NCBI GenBank assembly: GCA_014332745.1
Contig: JACONL010000001.1
Span: 28,687-92,686 of the forward strand
DNA length: 64,000 nucleotides
DNA from: Alphaproteobacteria bacterium GM7ARS4
Lineage (GTDB): Bacteria > Pseudomonadota > Alphaproteobacteria > GM7ARS4
Reading direction: 5' to 3'
Shown: positions 60,455 to 64,000 of the stretch, one piece after another
Position numbering within the stretch: the stretch's first letter is position 1
Layout of the letters: each line of letters opens with the position of its first letter
Notes under the pieces: generated by a model
What the model saw: only the letters and a program-made list of their open reading frames with translations
What the model was told of the DNA's origin: nothing
The model's database searches: none
Position numbers and translations under genes: made by a program

Positions 60455-60569
60455 CAGCCAATAACACGCTTACAACAACAAACAACCTCCCCCCTATGTT
60501 AACACATAAAGAGCCGACGTGAACAACATATGAGACTCACGTTCACACTCCTATCACAATCCCGCACGC

Positions 60570-61193
60570 TCAAAACTGCCAAAACATGCAACGGCACACC
60601 CGACCATGGCGTGTCCCGTGTCGCTCTATCCTCTTACGAGCATACAAAACACCACACCCGTCATGCTGGCGGTAACGGGTGCGGGCATCCCCATACGGAT
60701 CATTCACGTAATAGGCGTTCTTATGGCGCGCTTTCGAAATGAGTAAAATGACATGGCCGCCCTTTAATCCCCCCAATGCTGTCGTCCCCATGATCACAGG
60801 CCCATCCTCCAACACAGAGTCCACATCATCCAACGTCATGGTCTCACAAAAGACACAACGCCCTCTCACACCCTCTCGATGCAGAAAACCCTCGATGGCA
60901 TGGCGATGGATAGCCCAAAAAAACATGCTCTTCGTCCCCCTGGCCACAAGGTCACGCATGCGCCTATCCTCCCTCATCATAGCTTCCGCTGAGCCCGCCT
61001 CCCCTACACTTGTCTCCACATCATCCACATAGCGACATAATCCCTTATCATCCCGCGCATCGATGGCAGGAGCATAATACGCCATGAACATCCATGCGCA
61101 TGTGGAAAAACATTGCACATTGCCGACAATCTGACCGCCAAAATCATAATTGTCCCTTTGGGAATTAAAATCTATCGCACGCATCACTATCAC
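60570..61193 (-). CDS. Hypothetical protein, possible papain-like (C39-like) cysteine peptidase fold
   Basis: Gln-Cys pair near the N-terminus (NVQCFSTCAW), with later His (GGHVILLI) and Asp (VNDPYGD) candidates. Assignment is tentative. Confidence 0.3.
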   Translation of the reverse strand: MIVMRAIDFNSQRDNYDFGGQIVGNVQCFSTCAWMFMAYYAPAIDARDDKGLCRYVDDVETSVGEAGSAEAMMREDRRMRDLVARGTKSMFFWAIHRHAIEGFLHREGVRGRCVFCETMTLDDVDSVLEDGPVIMGTTALGGLKGGHVILLISKARHKNAYYVNDPYGDARTRYRQHDGCGVLYARKRIERHGTRHGRVCRCMFWQF

Positions 61194-61419
61194 AATACAA
61201 CCTCACAATACACCCTCGCATAGACCACACATCACGCCTCCATGATGTCCTATCATTAGGTATATAATCCTATTTATGAAGGACAACCACATCTTTCTGC
61301 CTTTTTTGCAACGCCCATGTCCCATAGGACACTATAGAAACGGAAGGATGACACCATCTCTCTTACGATGATATGGCACACCCCTCCCATACACACACTC
61401 TCTCACCACCATATGACCC

Positions 61420-62265
61420 ATGCCTCTTACTCCTACATCTAGCGCAACTCCTCCACCCTATCTTCCTAAAGATTTTTATGCTGTCACAAGCGACCATGAT
61501 CATATTCGCTTCACAAAGGATAAAAAATCCCTCGTCCATGGGGAAAAGAAAGACCTTTCCTTTAGCAATATCAAAAGCATGGTCTCTTCGTCAGCCGTCG
61601 CTGCCGCCACTGGCGGTACTCTCGCCTCGCGGAAAGTCTACCACGTCGTGAGCGATGGACGTTCCATCGATAAAAAACAGCTGCTCAGCAAACAAGAAAG
61701 CCGACTCCATATCTGTCAGAGCTTCAGTGATGCCATGAGGCAAACACTCCAAGACTCCATCAACAAGTTCGATGCGGCACGCGCTGAGTCGCCCTTAAAG
61801 CAAGAGGACATCGACGACCTCGAGAGCGATTTCGGGGCATTGATGAAGAATACCAAAAACCTCGTCAGCCAGAAATTAGAAGGATTGCTCAATGCGTCCT
61901 TAACCGCTTCATATGCCTCCGATGTCTCCCTCAGCGGACAAGATTTTCGCGACGTCTTCGATGCCTATAGCGAACTCCTTGGGACGTTGCTCGATGAAGC
62001 AAACGAGATGACGGCAAAAATGAACCCCCCCTCCTCCACATCACCCTATCCAGACTTCGTCCCCGCCGGCCCTCGTACGACATCAGAGACAGAGGCAACA
62101 CCACCACCCGTCCCTAAAAAAACGCATAGCCCTTTGACACGCGTTGCCACCCACGCTCGTCCATCACCACCCCGCAGGCCGCCCCCACCACCGCCAACAC
62201 AGCACAAAGCCAACGTCGACTATCCCAAACCGCGTCCCCCATTGAGTACCATCCAGGAAGAGTGA
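61420..62265 (+). CDS. Hypothetical protein with Pro-rich C-terminal region
   Basis: 281-aa ORF. C-terminal PPPVPKK…RRPPPPPPTQ. No domain recognised. Confidence 0.3.
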   Translation: MPLTPTSSATPPPYLPKDFYAVTSDHDHIRFTKDKKSLVHGEKKDLSFSNIKSMVSSSAVAAATGGTLASRKVYHVVSDGRSIDKKQLLSKQESRLHICQSFSDAMRQTLQDSINKFDAARAESPLKQEDIDDLESDFGALMKNTKNLVSQKLEGLLNASLTASYASDVSLSGQDFRDVFDAYSELLGTLLDEANEMTAKMNPPSSTSPYPDFVPAGPRTTSETEATPPPVPKKTHSPLTRVATHARPSPPRRPPPPPPTQHKANVDYPKPRPPLSTIQEE

Positions 62266-62287
62266 CGTAACAAGGCGATCGGCGTCT

Positions 62288-63244
62288 TTAAACATGGATG
62301 TCCTGCTCGCTTCGCCTCTTTTCAATCCCATCACGGGCGCGCTCTGATACGAACATGTGGCCATGCCGTGGTTGCTGTTGGTGACAAAGGGCACAGAGGA
62401 CAACGAGGTTAGAGGAGCTGTTATCGTTTCTCATGCCATTTTTATGGTGAACATGGAGCGCTTCCCTCAAGTCTTGCGAGATAACAACACCACACTGCTG
62501 ACATGTCCAGTGGGCTTTATTACGTACTCTCTCTGAGATACGAGGCCAATCGGATGTATACTTGTTTTCAGGCATCGTCTCTGTTGTATAAATAGGGGGG
62601 TCTTCCGTGAAAGAATAGATATCTATGAAGGCCTTGAAGGCTTGCGGGTCTGTCCCTATGGCGAGAGCCAGTGCCCTCCGCCGCGGCTTCAGCCACTTTT
62701 CTTTCATCCCCTTTGTTGCAAAACGCCACCATACGGGGTACACAAAGGGTGGATAGCCCTGATAGCCCAACTTTTTGAGACAATTCCGGCATGGCCTCAG
62801 GCGTAGTTTCTCATCGCTTATCCACGTCCCGCCCCTCTCGGTTGGTGAAACAACAAAAAGACCATCAGGGTTATAATGCACCCCATATCGTTTGTCGAAT
62901 CTCCCTGCCCTCCGCATCTCAGCAATAGTCTCACATTCTGTGACGTGGAATTTGGGTCGCGCCTCTATATCATTCATGAAGGCATCCAACGCATCACTCC
63001 TGTTCTTGACATAATAATCACGTATATGGACGACAATTCTTCTGCCATGCTCGTCCACAAGGACGCCGCCAACTTCCTTGATTTTGTCCCAATCTTGACG
63101 TGTCTTGATGGTGAAGGTCACAGGCGTAGGGCGAGGCCTATCTTTTTTCGGCGCAAAATTGATAGGCGGCCCTGGATCTGCGCCCTCCGCCCCCATACGT
63201 TTGACGGCCTCTTTTATTTTCTCGAAGGAAACGTCCATGGCCAT
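62288..63244 (-). CDS. HNH endonuclease domain protein (C-terminal HNH; N-terminal domain of unknown function)
   Basis: C-terminal CQQCG…HVHHKNG…N…LCALCH, an HNH/His-Me finger pattern. 318 aa. Confidence 0.6.
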   Translation of the reverse strand: MAMDVSFEKIKEAVKRMGAEGADPGPPINFAPKKDRPRPTPVTFTIKTRQDWDKIKEVGGVLVDEHGRRIVVHIRDYYVKNRSDALDAFMNDIEARPKFHVTECETIAEMRRAGRFDKRYGVHYNPDGLFVVSPTERGGTWISDEKLRLRPCRNCLKKLGYQGYPPFVYPVWWRFATKGMKEKWLKPRRRALALAIGTDPQAFKAFIDIYSFTEDPPIYTTETMPENKYTSDWPRISERVRNKAHWTCQQCGVVISQDLREALHVHHKNGMRNDNSSSNLVVLCALCHQQQPRHGHMFVSERARDGIEKRRSEQDIHV

Positions 63245-63262
63245 GTGTCCTTTAATTTTTAA

Positions 63263-63862
63263 TTATTGCAGACGAGCACGGGTAGTCGTTCTGACAGCAA
63301 AGTCGACGCGACGAGAGGCCTCTCGGTCCTCTCTTCCAAGCTTATCCTTAATAAGACGACTGAACGATAAGCCATTGGCGGTGACCGTTTTGACAATCCA
63401 CTTCCCGTAGCAGTCGACGCCATCCAAGCGACGGCAGTAGTCAAGCACATTTAGAGCGCGCTTTTGGGATAACTCCATATTCCCCATATACGCATCTAAA
63501 AGGGTTGAACCAACCTTCCATTCGGATGAGGTATGCCCCTCGATACGAATCTCGTCAATAGCACCCCTGAAGGGATACAACACCTCGATATAGCGAGGGC
63601 AAAAATCACGCAATATGTCTTTGAATTTCTTATTGGGCTCTGCCCCGCCCTGTTCGAATAAAATGGTGGGGGATTGAAAACGGATAGTCAATGTCGCATC
63701 CTCGGGAATGATGGCATCCCACGCTTTGAGATCGTCCGCAAACTCCGCCTGCAAGTCTCGAAAAATCTCCTCCTCTTTCTTCTTGGCAATAATGTCGGCG
63801 CGATCGACGGAAATTCTGTAGCTGATAGCAATGAGAAGAAACACCACCATCAACCCCGCCAT
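63263..63862 (-). CDS. MotB/OmpA-like membrane protein (N-terminal TM helix + OmpA_C-like peptidoglycan-binding domain)
   Basis: TM segment GLMVVFLLIAISY. C-terminal GHTSSEW…NMELSQKRALNVLDY matches the OmpA/MotB C-domain consensus. 199 aa. Confidence 0.6.
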   Translation of the reverse strand: MAGLMVVFLLIAISYRISVDRADIIAKKKEEEIFRDLQAEFADDLKAWDAIIPEDATLTIRFQSPTILFEQGGAEPNKKFKDILRDFCPRYIEVLYPFRGAIDEIRIEGHTSSEWKVGSTLLDAYMGNMELSQKRALNVLDYCRRLDGVDCYGKWIVKTVTANGLSFSRLIKDKLGREDREASRRVDFAVRTTTRARLQ

Positions 63863-64000
63863 GAGGTCGGCAACAGAAAGCCACCCTCCTTCATCTTTCT
63901 CCTACTTTCTCAGCCAATCGGGTGTCCTCGTCATAGGGTTCTGTCATCCCTCGATGCGCGCTCCAACCTCCCTAGTTCTGCATGTATCTTATCGATGAGA

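Noticed and set aside
60455-60569. Small peptide MLFTSALYVLT (and MVGCAVACFGSFERAGL) as candidate PqqA
   Set aside because: Neither contains the conserved Glu-x3-Tyr cross-link motif or the PqqA-like flanking residues. Reported instead as an absence.
63630-63884. 84-aa ORF overlapping the MotB-like gene start
   Set aside because: It is out of frame and overlaps the better-supported OmpA-like CDS. The candidate upstream ZorA-like gene would be in a different frame and ends near 63931.

Overview
GC-rich alphaproteobacterial chromosome segment, probably Acetobacteraceae-like. The signature is hopanoid, PQQ and complex I genes, a eukaryotic-type ICDH and pssA-psd. Read left to right, the window contains the following.

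- **Hopanoid cluster (1-8900):** hpnA (3' part), ispH, hpnH, hpnG, shc, hpnE, one squalene-synthase-family gene (hpnC or hpnD), then ispA-xseB.
- **Cobalamin block (9900-20900):** an HDAC-like deacetylase, then a cobalt-early corrin cluster (cbiX, cobH, cobL, cobI, a cbiG-cobJ fusion, cobM, cobK, cbiD, a tusA-like gene). An ArnC/ArnT-like GT2+GT39 glycosyltransferase pair sits inside it.
- **Transport and housekeeping (21200-36800):** a NitT/TauT-type ABC importer, an RND efflux pair, pssA-psd, icd, two OMP beta-barrel paralogs, mce, rnj, coaX and birA.
- **Complex I (36835-51236):** the complete 14-gene nuoA-N operon, followed by tRNA-Asp and exbB-exbD-exbD-tonB.
- **Accessory island (~53800-57200):** flanked by an AT-rich stretch. 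It holds a catalytically intact 390-413 aa TnpB-like RuvC nuclease whose 3' end runs directly into a 4-repeat CRISPR-like array (37-nt repeats, 29-nt low-GC spacers). There is no cas1, cas2 or tnpA. This is a minimal TnpB/Cas12-like (type V-U-like) RNA-guided system candidate and the most interesting feature of the window.
- **PQQ (57210-60454):** pqqBCDE, with no recognisable pqqA.
- **Window edge (62288-64000):** a MotB/OmpA-like membrane protein plus an HNH endonuclease, reminiscent of type II Zorya; the expected MotA-like partner would lie beyond the window.

The genome also carries many in-frame short tandem repeats that create low-complexity tails on conserved proteins (nuoK, nuoJ, nuoB, xseB, cobH, cobK).
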